A stretch of DNA of 64,000 nucleotides from Guillardia theta CCMP2712 (lineage: Eukaryota; Protista; Cryptophyta): the NCBI RefSeq assembly GCF_000315625.1, contig NW_005434646.1, positions 604,966-668,965 of the forward strand. The letters are read 5' to 3'. The first letter of the stretch is position 1; every line of letters starts with the position of its first letter. This document shows positions 1 through 11,807 of the stretch, one piece after another. The notes under the pieces are model-generated. The model was not told the DNA's origin. It saw nothing but the letters and a program-made list of their open reading frames with translations, and did no database searches. The position numbers and the translations under genes are program-made.

Positions 1-332
1 AGGCTGGCCCACAGTTCTCTGCACAGTTCTGATCAAGATGCAGCTATGGGTATGGGTGGGGATGTGGTTTAAAATCTGATATCTGACACCTTATGACCCT
101 CAGGTCGTGTAGTTCGAGGGGGGTAGGGTGAATTTTCACTGTTTCTTGGATGCGTGGGGTGGGTAGTACTCAAGATGGGGTATAAGGGGGACATTTCCGA
201 GACTTTATTCATATCAAGGGGGTAGGGTGTTGAAGGGAGTAGGGTACTGTCTCAAGGAAGATCTTCACACTGGGGTAGAGGTAGAAAGGTTGTAGTAGGT
301 GGTAGGGTGGTGGGTACAAAGGATCACTTGGC

Positions 333-3187
333 ATGGCGCGGTTTATGGTGATAGCCATGCTTATCGCGGCAGCTTCAGGCGAGCAACTCAGACAGGCACA
401 CTCTTCCTCGTCCCTCGGATTCTCAGTCAATCCTTGCAGCATGGGTATGCTAAAGTCTGGTGTCTCGAGGGCTCGGAGTTCCTGTATCGTCGGGGCTCGG
501 GCAGGAAGGATGAATCTTGCCGGAAACGAAAGATCTGTATTGAACAGGATGAGAGATACTGTGATAGCTCATTTTCTTGCATCATCTTTGATCCTTGGAA
601 CACCTTTGGCCGAGTCCTATGCTGCTGTAGAACAACCTAAAGTACCCGAGCGTCAATACGACTTCCAACAAAAGTATCAGGGACGGTTTCTAATTGCGCA
701 GGACGACTTGGGGATCGGAGATTGGAAGGATCTCCTGAAAGACGAAGCATCTTCACCACCACCGGCTAAACAAGCCCCATCTGCTGTAGCACCTGCAGCG
801 CCTGCTCAGGAATGACAGCGCGTACATTCTAGTCTAGTTAATGATTTCCCTTTGCAGGCTCCGACTAAGAAGGAGGAGCCCGTCCAGCCGCCAAAGACAG
901 CGCCTTTGAGTACGACTGACTCGAACAAGAAGTCGACATCTAGTGATAACTTGAAAGCTCCTGACATGAAGAAATTCTCCATGCCCGACAATTTTAAGGC
1001 TCCAGATATGCCGAAATTTTCCATGCCAGAAAACTTCAAAGCTCCCGATATGTCCAAGTTCTCTATGCCCGACAACTTCAAGACTCCTGATATCAAGAGT
1101 TTTGGTATCCCAAAGTCTTTCGATATGAAGATGCCTGAGTTGAAGGCTCCTGCCCCTGCCCCTGCCCCTGCACCGCAAGACAAGTCGGAGAGTTCAAAGG
1201 TGCTGCGAAATGAATTTTCTTTCAATGTTTTCGTTCATACCCTGCAAGGTGAAGGCGAAGACGGTTGAAGATATCGAGGGCAAAGCTTCAAGCAAGAGCT
1301 CTCCAGCTGCGAGGGTGGAGGAGGGCGTGCCAAAGCGGAGTTCAGCTCCTGCTACCACTCCAGCCCCTTTGCCAAAGAAGTCAGAAACGAATGCACCGAA
1401 TGAGCCCAAGGTACGAAAAGGGTAACCTGTGTCAGGATTTTCATGATTAGTGTTGATAGAAAGAAGCCTCAGCTGCGAAACCCTCTGTTTCTTTTGACAG
1501 CTTCAAGGTCAGTCTTCCGAGATTGTGTCTTTTTCTCGTTTCTTCAATCACTAAGTTGCTCCTTGTGATCTTCAGGCCCCTGAGATTCCCAAAGTATCAG
1601 AATTAGTGTTATGACATCAAGTTCTGTTGACGGACTTTTAGGTTTCCACCGATGATGTTTTGAAATCGTTGCAGAATGTCAGAATCCCACAACCTGGAGA
1701 AGAGGTAGTTCTTCCAACGGGTGGAAAGTTTAAGGTCGACTTCTCGCACTCCTTTTTGTTCTTTGCGTATGTAATGATACTCTCTAGATTCCAACGAAGT
1801 TAGAGCCGAATCAAGACTTCCTTGCACCATCTCCAGTTGGTAGAAAATGATTTTTGTTGTTTTTCGAATATGATTGGTTTCCTCGAAAGATTCAGGGGCT
1901 CGTAAATACAATTTCCAAAATCTTGCGTAATTCTTTCCAGGCATTGGATGATTTGTTTTGTGACATGCTCTCAGCGAGAAATCACAACTTGAGATCGAGA
2001 GGGAGAAAGCTAACAAGCTGAAGGTCTTTCGCTGCTCCGTTGTCTTGTAGAATATTTATCAATATATATCTACAGGCTGAAGCGGAAGCTAAGGCAAAGG
2101 TCTGCGAAAAGACCTCCCTCTTGCCAGACATAGTTTGACCATTCAATGCTTTTTTAATGCAGGCTGAGAAGGAGGCCAAGGAGAAGGTGATAATATTTGG
2201 CATCTGCAGCCAACCTTGTTGTTGGTTTGCTGATTCAGCACCAGGTCGAGGCCGAAAAGAAAGCTGCAGCTGAAGCAGCAAAAGCTAAGGAGAGAGAATT
2301 GAAGGTCACTCGACAGCTCTGAACTTGAGTCCCTCACTATTCTCAGGCTCAAGCTGACAAAGCAGCGTCAGAGAAGCGAGCAGCGAAGAAGAAGCAGGAT
2401 GTGTGTTGCCTTGTCGCTGCTTGTTAGCATTTAACAATATTGATAGGATGAGAAAGCGAAGGCCGAAAAGTCGAAGGCTGCAGAAAAATCGTCCAAAGAG
2501 GTTGCGCAATAATCTTCGCAACTGCCTTTCTTGACTCCTTGACTTCTTGTTGCAGGTGAAGTCAGCAGCTTCTCCTAAGGCAGCTGAGACCAACAAAGAG
2601 GAGAAGGTGAGCAACCCACGTGGATGGATAGCTTTGAAACTCTTGCAATTTGCCGCAGGCTGCTGTGGTCGTGCAGGATGCAGCTCCAGTGAAGGCCAAG
2701 GCCAAGGCACAGGCTGTGAGTTATTGCTCGTGTGCGCGACTAGAAAGTTGAATGAGCTTGTAGACCGCAAAGAATGCCCAGAAGCCTGCAAGCGAGGAGC
2801 CAAAGAAAATTTTGAGTGAGAGTGAGAAGCAGGTAGCCTACACAGGTGTTGAGATTCAGTTGGTCTGAGGGCTTGGCAGTCTCTGCTTGCTCAGAGGGAA
2901 ACGGCAGCGCGTAATGCCAAGAAGGAGTTACAGAAGGCACAGGTGAAAGCAAGAACTGTGATGCAATACATTGATTTATCCTCTCCAGGCCAATCTAAAG
3001 GAACTCCAGAAAGCTGAAAAAGATGCAGAGAAAGTCGTCAAGGAGGCTCAGGTCTTTTTTTCTGCACCTCCTCGTCTCATTTCGTCCTATTCTCGCTGAT
3101 GTTGCTGAATAGGCCGCGGCTGAAGCTGCCAAGAAAGCTGCTTGTGAGGGCCAATTTATTTGCATCAAGGCTATCACGGGTTTCTAA
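333..3187 (+). CDS. Multi-exon, probably plastid/thylakoid-lumen-targeted low-complexity protein: 14-aa repeats, Ala/Lys/Glu-rich coiled coil, C-terminal CEGQFICIKAITGF
   Basis: Signal peptide MARFMVIAMLIAAASG, transit-like region and a second hydrophobic stretch ending ESYA. About 16 mostly phase-0 introns splice into one frame ending TAA at 3185-3187. The first intron needs a non-GT donor. Confidence 0.7.
945..1112 (+). repeat. Coding tandem repeat, 42 nt / 14 aa x4
   Basis: DNLKAPDMKKFSMP / DNFKAPDMPKFSMP / ENFKAPDMSKFSMP / DNFKTPDIKSFGIP in ORF 852..1268. Confidence 0.9.
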
Positions 3188-3742
3188 GTTTTCCATGTGG
3201 ATTCAACGAATTTTACCTCACATATTGGCTTCTATTCATATCTTGTTCGTGATTCCGATTATTTCATCTTAACACTATCACCACCTTCATCAATACTGCT
3301 GCCTTGTCACGGCATGCCGCTGACTCTACTCTAACTCCCTTCAACCTTATTCCACGTCTCCACTGGCCTGTAGCAAGCTGGTCAAGCCATGGCCAACGAG
3401 CGTGAAACTAACTCACCTGTCTGGATCGTTTCCCCAGCGAATCAACTCCACTCGGCGAGTGCGATGAATTCGCCTGTGCAGCCTCTCGTGAAAAGGCGAG
3501 CGCAAGCGCAGGAGGCTTGACAAGGCTACCTGAGGAGGACTGGTGACTCTGCTGGCCGTCTGTACTGGACTGACGTTACCACTCGATCCCACGTTCTGTC
3601 AACAAGTGAGCTACGCAAGCTCCTGCATGCTTCGGTGAACTCACCGCCGGGGGCGAGCTCAAATTCCGCAGATTAGATGGAGATGTAGTGTTGGTAGAGC
3701 TGCTCGCACGCGGATCAGCACCAGAGTCAGTCCTGCTATCGT

Positions 3743-4298
3743 TCACCCGGACTCTGTCGGCGCTGCGCCAGCGCTTCGACTTGCTCTTTGACGGCCTCCA
3801 TGCCCCATGCACTTCGCAAGATGAGCTGTGGACAGGTCAATGAAACAGTTTCTCTCTCAAGCAATGTGCTACCAGCATATTTCGCAGCACCAATCTTTTG
3901 AGCACAATGGTCGCAGTTGAAAAATTCACTTTTCGGGACTTTCTCGGGGATCTGTAAGATGTTTGAGGAAGAAAGCAAATGAAAGAGAGATGCGATACTT
4001 GTCCGTGCACATCATAACCAGCTGCTTGCACAATACGATTCATGTTTTGACTATCCTCATTTGGTAGAGGTAGGACGTCGAAACAAATGTCTCTATGAAC
4101 GTCGGTGCACACATCTCGCACGAGACTGTCAATTATGCTTGTGAAGATTTCCACCAGAATGCGGGTGCCAATGTCTTTCGACAGGTGGTCTTTCAACTCC
4201 TCCAACTTCTCTATCGCCCACTGCAAACGCTTCACCTCCGATTCTTCCGAGTGATGCTCATCGTTCGAGACGACAGCTTCCGTGTGGCTGTCAGCCAT
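3743..4298 (-). CDS. SGF11: SAGA deubiquitination-module subunit Sgf11/ATXN7L3-like zinc-finger protein
   Basis: Spliced: ..IIDSLVRDVCTDVHR..YDVHGQ|IPEK..FNCDHCAQKIGAAKYA|AHLAKCMGHG, matching the Sgf11 CxxC..HLxKC finger. Two GT-AG introns; 3' end approximate. Confidence 0.8.
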
Positions 4299-4779
4299 AC
4301 TCTCGGGTCTGATGGAGGGAGAGAAGTGCAGGTCCTGTTATGAGGTCGGTGCCCCTTACATGTGGAGTGGGATGAATGCTATGAGAGGCAGGGAATGAAG
4401 GGCGGCCAGCTCCACCTCAAGAAGGCGGAGGGAGACGGAAACGAATCCACCGGAACGAGGTTGTACGGTGAAGGGGTAGAGCGAGAGGGGCACGAGGAAT
4501 CCCCGGGGAAGAGAGAGAAGGGAGGAAGAGGAAGAGAAGAGAGGGTGGAGGAAGAAGCAGAGACGCTGTTGGGGTAAGGATTGAAATCAGGGCACCATAA
4601 ATCCCGTCGCCTCTCCTGCCGGCACCTCCCCGCACATACCCAATCGTAACCCTCATCCCCGCACCGTCCAGTTCATTATCAAAATTGCAGGCCTGCCTCG
4701 TTGTTATGAGCTAGAAGAAACGAGGGGCAGAAGTCATCCCAACTTCTGAAGCCATTGCAGCAACACGGGCCGGGCCGCC

Positions 4780-6175
4780 ATGCCTGAGATCCGACTCCTC
4801 ATGGCACTCCCCCGCCCTCTTCTGCTGGTGCTGATGGTCATGGTATGGTTGCCCCTTCCATCCTCTATGCCCGTCAACTCAGGGCTGACGGAGACGAGTG
4901 TGGGCGTGAGCTGCTGTACGTCGAACCTTGCTCCACACATCTTGATTGTACACCTGCGCGGAGGAAAGAAGAGCAAGGCAAGGATTATTCACAACTGGAA
5001 GCCAAAGCACAAACGAGAGGGTGAGAATCCTCTACAGATCAACAAAGCTCATAGAAAGAGAAGGAAGGAAAAACAGAATGAGAAGGCAAAAAGAAAGCTG
5101 AAGAACGTACTGGCATCATGCAAGATGGAGGATCGCGAGAACTATCACGAGATCGGCTTGATAGACAACCCGCAGTACACACATCAGTTCATTTCAAAGA
5201 AGCAAGACATTCTGAGAGGCAAGCTGCCGGAGAACATCGATGATAATCTTGAGCCACATGAGATGGAGGAGCTGACAATGAGCAGGAAACCCTACACAGG
5301 GGGGCTGGACGATGGATCGAAGGCGATCGATACCAAAGGGAATGATGAAATTCTGATGACAAACCAACTGGACAACGACGAAGAATTGTTATGGGACGAT
5401 CTTGTTCAAGGTGCTCATGATCTTCTGGAGACGGCAGATGTTTTGAAAGACCCTAAACAATTCTCTGAAGGAGATATTGTGAAATACAGGGAATCTGACG
5501 GGACTTTCAGAATGGCTGAGATCGTTTCTATTGACAGGTCGATCATCCCGCATTCGTACGGCATTCGACTTGAGGTGAATCGATGAGACTGACTTGCTCC
5601 TGCTCTGATGATGCTGTGTCAGGGGAGGATCAGGGAGACGGTCGAGGAGAGAATTGAGAGAATATCAGCACCTGACAAGAAGAACGCCAATGAAACTGCC
5701 CTCGTGTCAATGAAGATTGACCCATCAGAGCGATTCTATGACTTTGAGCGAGGGGTCTTCTTGCACCCTCTGCTGAGAGAAGCGAACATGAAGCGAAGGA
5801 TGAAACGAGAGTCTGGGGACTGGCAGAACCATACCCTGATCCCGATGAGAAATGTGAGGGCCAAAAACGTAAACATGAGGGTGCAAGGAAAGTCCGCGGG
5901 TGGAATAATGAACGGCCAAGCATCAAGTACTCTGGAAAATGAAGACAGCGATGAGGCGTTGGAGCGCGTGTTGGACTACACCCGGCATGCAAAGCGCAAG
6001 CAGATCCTTGAAGCAAAGGTAAAGTTTCCGTTTGCCCGCTACCATTTGCTGAATGACCCTGGTACAGGCACACGAAAGAGAGTATCAGCGCAAATGCGGA
6101 ATCTCTGAAGCGATTCGACCACGTGGCCACGCCAAGATAAGACAGGACCACCGATTCCGACGTTACAACCGGTAG
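4780..6175 (+). CDS. Hypothetical protein with signal peptide + LRGG leader, basic region and SH3/Tudor-like module; periplastid-compartment candidate
   Basis: ORFs 4780..5586 and 5608..6108 joined by GT-AG introns, last exon ends RFRRYNR*. Leader ends HILIVHLRGG. Module FSEGDIVKYRESDGTFRMAEIV. Confidence 0.7.
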
Positions 6176-6306
6176 AGCACAAGGAAATATTCCTACGCCA
6201 GCGAAAGTCAAAGGCTTGTGAAGTATAATACCGATTGGGCAAAAGGAACGAGAAGTGAATGTGAGAACGAGATCGTCATTAGATGAGACTAGCAGACTCT
6301 TTGCTG

Positions 6307-8325
6307 TTAAGCAGCTTTTTTCATCGGAATAGTTATTCTTCTCCTTGAGCGAACGAAAGACAAGACTTCATCCGAAATTTCCTTCCTTCGCTCTTGATGT
6401 CGCTTCACAATATCCTGGCAGATCATCACAACTTCATCTTGAGACAGAAAATTTCACCTGAAGGCAGGAGATCGCCTCTGACTTCATCTCTCCACTCAAG
6501 AGTGTGCCGTTGGTGTAGGATCCTGTGATATCCTTTTAGTGCCATCAACTCACTGGCAAGGAGCAAGTTTACTCGCTAGTTCTTGCACATGCGTGTCGTT
6601 TTCATGGAAGAATTCGATGTATCTGCCAGAGATGAGCGCGGAAACAACAAGATGATCGGGCACCTGAAGGGGACATCGACCTTCAAGTCGCCTCCCAATC
6701 TAGATAAGGATCAGGTCAACAAGAAGATGAATAGTCTGTGACATATCCTACCTGCGATGCTCTTCCACTGTAGCTCGCCCGCCAGTGAAAGCATATCTGT
6801 TGATCTTGTTCTTGATCTGCAGATGAGAATAGAATCAATTGTTTTTCACGATGCATCTTGTCTCCTCTACTTGTTGAGGAGAGTCTGTGAGATAAATGGC
6901 GGACTCTTCCACGGACGCGCTCATCTTGCCGGCACCTCCCGAGTCGCCTTGCAGCGCAGGAATGAATTTGCTGTGCAGCAGAGCCGGTTTTGTCCTACAA
7001 ATGTTTCAGCAGGAGCTCCAGGAGCAAGCACTAGACATGTTCAATCTCGCTGCGACGTCTCTTGCCAATCGGAAATACGGATCTTGATCAATCGCACAAG
7101 GAATCAAGCAGGGCAGCCCTGGCTTTCAATTAACATTGTAAACTAGGATTTCTCCGTACTCACTCGTAGAGCCCCCGAAGATGTCCACGAAACAGTCTGG
7201 GAAAGATGGAGCAATCTGGTGAAAAAGTTAAGGAAGAAACCCCTCTGTTGTGACAAATCACCTGCATTGCAGGAAACGCAAATTGCCCAACGTTGTTGCT
7301 TTCTTGTAGTCCGAAGACAGCTTGAACTTTGTTCGCATTAATCAATCTGCAGAAATTCCTCCATTTAAGAGTCCAACATGAGGATAAAGACAAGGGAACC
7401 TCTGGATCTGCAAGACAGTTGGGTAGAGCGATGAGATGTCCAGGGTGTTGGTGAAGATATAAGTCAACTCTGGGTTGAAACCTGAAATATGTTCTTCAGG
7501 AAACCCAACAACTTAATCAAAAGTCGCACACCTACTGCCATAATATCTTTGGCGTTCTCGGTCGCAAACTGTTGATACGTGCTAAGATTGCCTCCCTGAA
7601 GGTTGTTGAAATGGCAAACTCATCACAAGCAAGACTTTGACCTTCCAGAGAAACTTTTCATCGTCCGTCAGTTGTATCACGACCGGAACATTGAAAGCCT
7701 CCTGCAACAAGCGAATGGCCATCAGTCAATCGTCTTTCTCAGAGCAACGATCTTCACTTGTAGCCATTGCGTGATCATGAATGGAATCAGATGTCCGACA
7801 TGAAGAGAGGATGAGGAAGGACCCCTGACATTCAGTGAGCACAGCTCTGTGAGAACAACCCAGATCATTGCACCTTCCGGTATAGATATAGAATGGTGTC
7901 CCAGCTTCGTACATGTCAAGTATCTTATCGAGATCTCTGTGAGAGAAGAAGATATTCCTGTGAGCAAGGAGTCACATCGACCGTCGAGTGAGCGAGTGAG
8001 GTTTCCTTCTGATGAGGTGGTGCGCTGCTCTGCCAGTCACTCGCTCAAGTCTGCTGATAAGCTCGCTGTCAATCTCCTGGTGGCGAACATCAATCCTTCC
8101 TTCCGCCTCCCGTCTCATCACCTTGGACCCGAACAACGTGACGATCTTCTCGTAGTCTGTCTCCCCCTCCACAGAGTATGGCGTGATGTTTGACGTCCGC
8201 TGCTGATCCTCCCCTCCCCGAAGTCGCACCACGTGTCTGCAAGTGGGACCTCTGAGAGTACATGGCATGGTTCCGGATTGCACCATCAATGAAAGAATAA
8301 CAAGGATGACCAAATGTTGCTGCAT
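6307..8325 (-). CDS. WARS: Eukaryote-type tryptophanyl-tRNA synthetase with N-terminal signal peptide; likely periplastid-targeted
   Basis: Motifs [23 protein letters not shown] (HIGH), [30 protein letters not shown] (KMSKS). About 14 introns; ends PMKKAA*. Confidence 0.95.
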
Positions 8326-8502
8326 GGAGGCGGAGGAGACTGGAGGCTCAGGGCTGGAGGCATACGTTAGCTCATGAGTTTCTGCTGACCTCTACTCTTT
8401 GGACGGCCTTCATAAAAGTCCCGCACCATCGCTAATATTCATTCTTTCACGAATAAGAGATCGTGATCCCTTTGATACTCTACCTGCTCCTCCCTCTCCT
8501 CC

Positions 8503-8710
8503 CGCCCTCTCCTCCCTCTGCTCCCTCTGCTCCCTCTGCTCCCTCTGCTCCCTCTCCTCCCTCTGCTCCCTCTCCTCCCTCTGCTCCCTCTGCTCCCTCT
8601 GCTCCCTCTGCTCCCTCTGCTCCCTCTCCTCCCTCTGCTCCCTCTGCTCCCTCTCCTCCCTCTGCTCCCTCTCCTCCCTCTCCTCCCTCTCCTCCCGCTC
8701 CTCCTCCTCT
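8503..8710. repeat. 9-bp minisatellite (CTCCCTCTG/CTCCCTCTC)n between divergent genes
   Basis: Directly visible tandem array. Confidence 0.95.
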
Positions 8711-8949
8711 ATCACCACCACTATCTGCCATAGACAAGACGGGATGATGAGTGTTCGCATCTCATCACCACCTACCAACCCCCACCTTTCTCAATCACCC
8801 CAGAACTATCTAGGGGTGGGGTCAATTCATCAGGATCTCTTGCATGGGTCCATCGTTGCATGAAGACGAGGGAGGGTAGCGCCAGGGAGCGCGTGGGTAG
8901 GACTATCAGGCATGTAGGCATGTAAGCATGTAGAGGCAGCCAAGCCACT

Positions 8950-10361
8950 ATGCAAGCATGGCTAAAGTTGGGTCCTGGCGTTCTTCTCCTGCTCCTGCTG
9001 TCGGAGGCAAGGTCCACCGATCCCTCCGTCCCCACACCATGCACCAAGTTCGAAGTTGACAAGCGCTGCATCCTTGGGCACGAGGGCTCGGTGAACTCCT
9101 TGGACATCGCAGACGGCAGACATCTCCTGCTATCTGGAAGTGAGGATGGAACTGTAAGGGCGTGGGACACGCGGACTGCAAGATGCGTGCTGCTGTTGTC
9201 CTCGGAAGTCGTGGCACGAGGTATTCCCCAGAAGGCAGTGACATCGGTAGCGCTGTCTCGTGGGAGTGATTACAACGTCTACTTTGCAGCTGGAAGCAAC
9301 GTGTTAGCTTTCGACACCAGATACCCGAAGGCGCCGGAAAAGGTTGTACAGACAGAGCTGAAAAAGGATTCATCGACGGTCTCAGAGCATACGATAAGAA
9401 AGATCGCGATAGATTATAACAGCAAGTATCTAGCTGCAGCAGATGATGGAGGGGAGATCCACGTCATAGACTTACAACGTCTCAGGTTGATTTCATCTTG
9501 TCGCTTCACTCCTGCACTCAAATAACCACGAACGCAGCCGCAAGATTTGCACTCTACAAGGAAGACATGAGGGCAAGGCGACTTGTTTGAGATGGAGGAC
9601 ACCCCTGCCTCTCTGGCAGCATGATCTTGTGTCAGGTGGACAGGTGATCAGACGTCTCGAGGTTTGCTCGGGAATCTGACGAGTTCATGACAGGACAGTC
9701 GATTGCTACTGCATGGCCACAATGAATCTAGTACCTTTCCAGAGGGCTACAAAACCTATTCACACGTCCTTGAAGACATGATTCCGAGGAAGGTCAAGAA
9801 TGCGTTGATCAAGAAGGGCAGAATCCAGAAGGGGCAAAAAAACCCAGAGGTGGAGTGTCTGGATGTCTCAGCGGACGGGAAAACAGTGGCATTGGGAGCA
9901 GGAGATGGAACGTTGAGAACATTCTCGCTGCTGTATGACAACGAAATCGTGAAAGAGTATGTCTTCAAACAAACAAAAGGTATCATCAGCTGCATCTCAT
10001 TTCCTCGACTTGCTCCTCAGGTTGCTTGTTCTCTGTTTCTCCTGCCTCTACTGATGAAGGTGTCACTTCAGTACAGGGTTTTCACAGGCTCTCGAGACGG
10101 AAGGCTCCAGCTGTGGAACCTCGTGGAACCTCGAACGTGCGCACCTGATGCGCACTTGATAGGAGATCAGCTGATCTTGCTCGAAATCATGCATGGACAG
10201 AAGCCGTGAGAGTCTTTAAGCTTTTCTCCACTGGGTATTGATGGAGTTCTTTGTGCAGGAGGGATGTGGTATGTCAACTTGTAGGAGTCCACAGCGATGT
10301 TCCGCACTTCATCGTTGCGGATAACAGCAAAGTTATCTCTTTGTACACCTTGCACTGTTGA
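8950..10361 (+). CDS. WD40-repeat protein (WDR53-like) with N-terminal signal peptide
   Basis: GHEGSVNSLD..LLSGSEDGTVRAWD, YLAAADDGGEIHVID, FTGSRDGRLQLWN. Leader MQAWLKLGPGVLLLLLLSEARS. Four GT-AG introns. Confidence 0.85.
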
Positions 10362-10504
10362 TTCAATCTCAATAAAGTAATGTCTCAAATAAAGTAATGT
10401 CTCAAAACGATTCTGATTGAATCGACGTCAAGCTCACCAATGTTCTACAACTAGAAATGTTGCGTTGTCAGCAGCAGAGGAGAAGAGTTCTGACATCCGA
10501 GTCG

Positions 10505-11244
10505 TCAAAGAATCGTGCAACACCCCTTCTTCTTGGAATCCTCAGTGTAAGAGTACCAGATCGCGATCGCACCTTGCAGCTCAGTTCTCGAGATTCCTCC
10601 GGACTTGTTCAAGACGGCGCCATCAGCCATGTCCATCACCATCTGAACTTCTTGATCCGTTGGCTCGATTCCAGAGTTGAGATCTTTTAGTAAGCTTTTC
10701 AGCTCGTCGAAGTTGAGTTGTCCTGTGTGATCTTTGTCGTACTGGTTGAATATCTTGTCGAACTCTGGCTTAACTCCGATGTACGACTTCCACAGGTCCA
10801 CGGCATATTCAATCTCGTTCAGACCAACAGCGTTGTCAATCTTGTTATCAGATCTGTCTGAAGTGATAAGGATCCACTCTATTTCCTCATTGGTTGGCTT
10901 TTCACCCCCGCTCAGGTCCTTGACACAAGGTCTTAGAACTATCAACCATTCTCCTCCTATACCTGTAGCAGATTTCCCAGTTCCACTTTGTCAAGTTTGT
11001 TATCTTTTGTCACGTCATACTTTGCCATCAACTGTCTCATTCAGCTCAGTTGGAAATCAAAAGCACACTTGTGGCAAAAGAGTGGTTTCACCTGTCTTAA
11101 TGTAGCTTCTTTCTGAAGTCGGGCCCAAAAGTCTTGCTGTAACTTCTTGGCAGCTTCCCGCTGAGGGCTGGCCCTTGAGATGGCAAAAGTGTTTGAATTG
11201 TTTCGCCTCCGAGCTGCGTGCCATGCAGCAGCAGCTGCTGCCAT
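10505..11244 (-). CDS. Calmodulin-like EF-hand protein with C-terminal CaaX
   Basis: EF loops DVTKDNKLDKVE and DKDHTGQLNFDE plus two degenerate loops; ends SKKKGCCTIL*. Start uncertain. Confidence 0.85.
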
Positions 11245-11519
11245 ATGCTGATATTGAAGTCAGACGGCGCAGACAGATGCGGAAGGTGGAAACAGTGAGT
11301 CAACTTGCAAGGAAGTGGCCACTTGGAAGAAAGCACAACAATCTGAGGAAAGACTGAGCAAGGTGAGAGAACAGGAGGAAACTGAGACAAAGGCGGAAGA
11401 CGACAGAGAGGGTGAAGGCAGCTGCAGGGGTGCAACTGATCTGCGAGCATGAAATTTGACTGCTCAGCTGTCAACTAATTGAGTAAAGCTTTGTACCCAT
11501 GCAAGCTCATGTCACAGAG

Positions 11520-11720
11520 GGGTACGGCCCGGCCGGCGGGCCCGGTCGCCGGGCACTGGGAGCCCCGGGCCCGGGGGCTTTCAACTGAGGCGGCGGGGCT
11601 CTGCAGGGCCCGCGCCGCTCTCAGGCTGTTTGAGTAACAGAAAATTAGGTGAGACGGTAGGCCCGCCCAGGTTCGCCTTATGGCAGAATATTCGTGACGG
11701 TGCCATGGCGCCAACTTGAC
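11520..11720. repeat. GC-rich micro-palindromic island between divergent genes
   Basis: GGCCCGGCCGG/CCCGGG runs with TTGAGTAA motifs at ~11479 and ~11630, similar to the islands at 28.7-29.4, 39.3-40.0 and 44.7 kb. Confidence 0.5.
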
Positions 11721-11807
11721 CCACAGTGGCTCTTCCTGAGAACTAAGTTGACGTGAGAAGAGGCTGACGACCTGTGGTGACCCCATGCTGCAGCATCATC
11801 TTCATGC

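Noticed and set aside
8399-8863. ORFs with SLC/REQ/PSA/EGA repeats
   Set aside because: Translations of the 9-bp minisatellite, open in several frames on both strands
10369-10405. 17-bp tandem duplication containing AATAAA
   Set aside because: A simple local duplication in a 3' UTR
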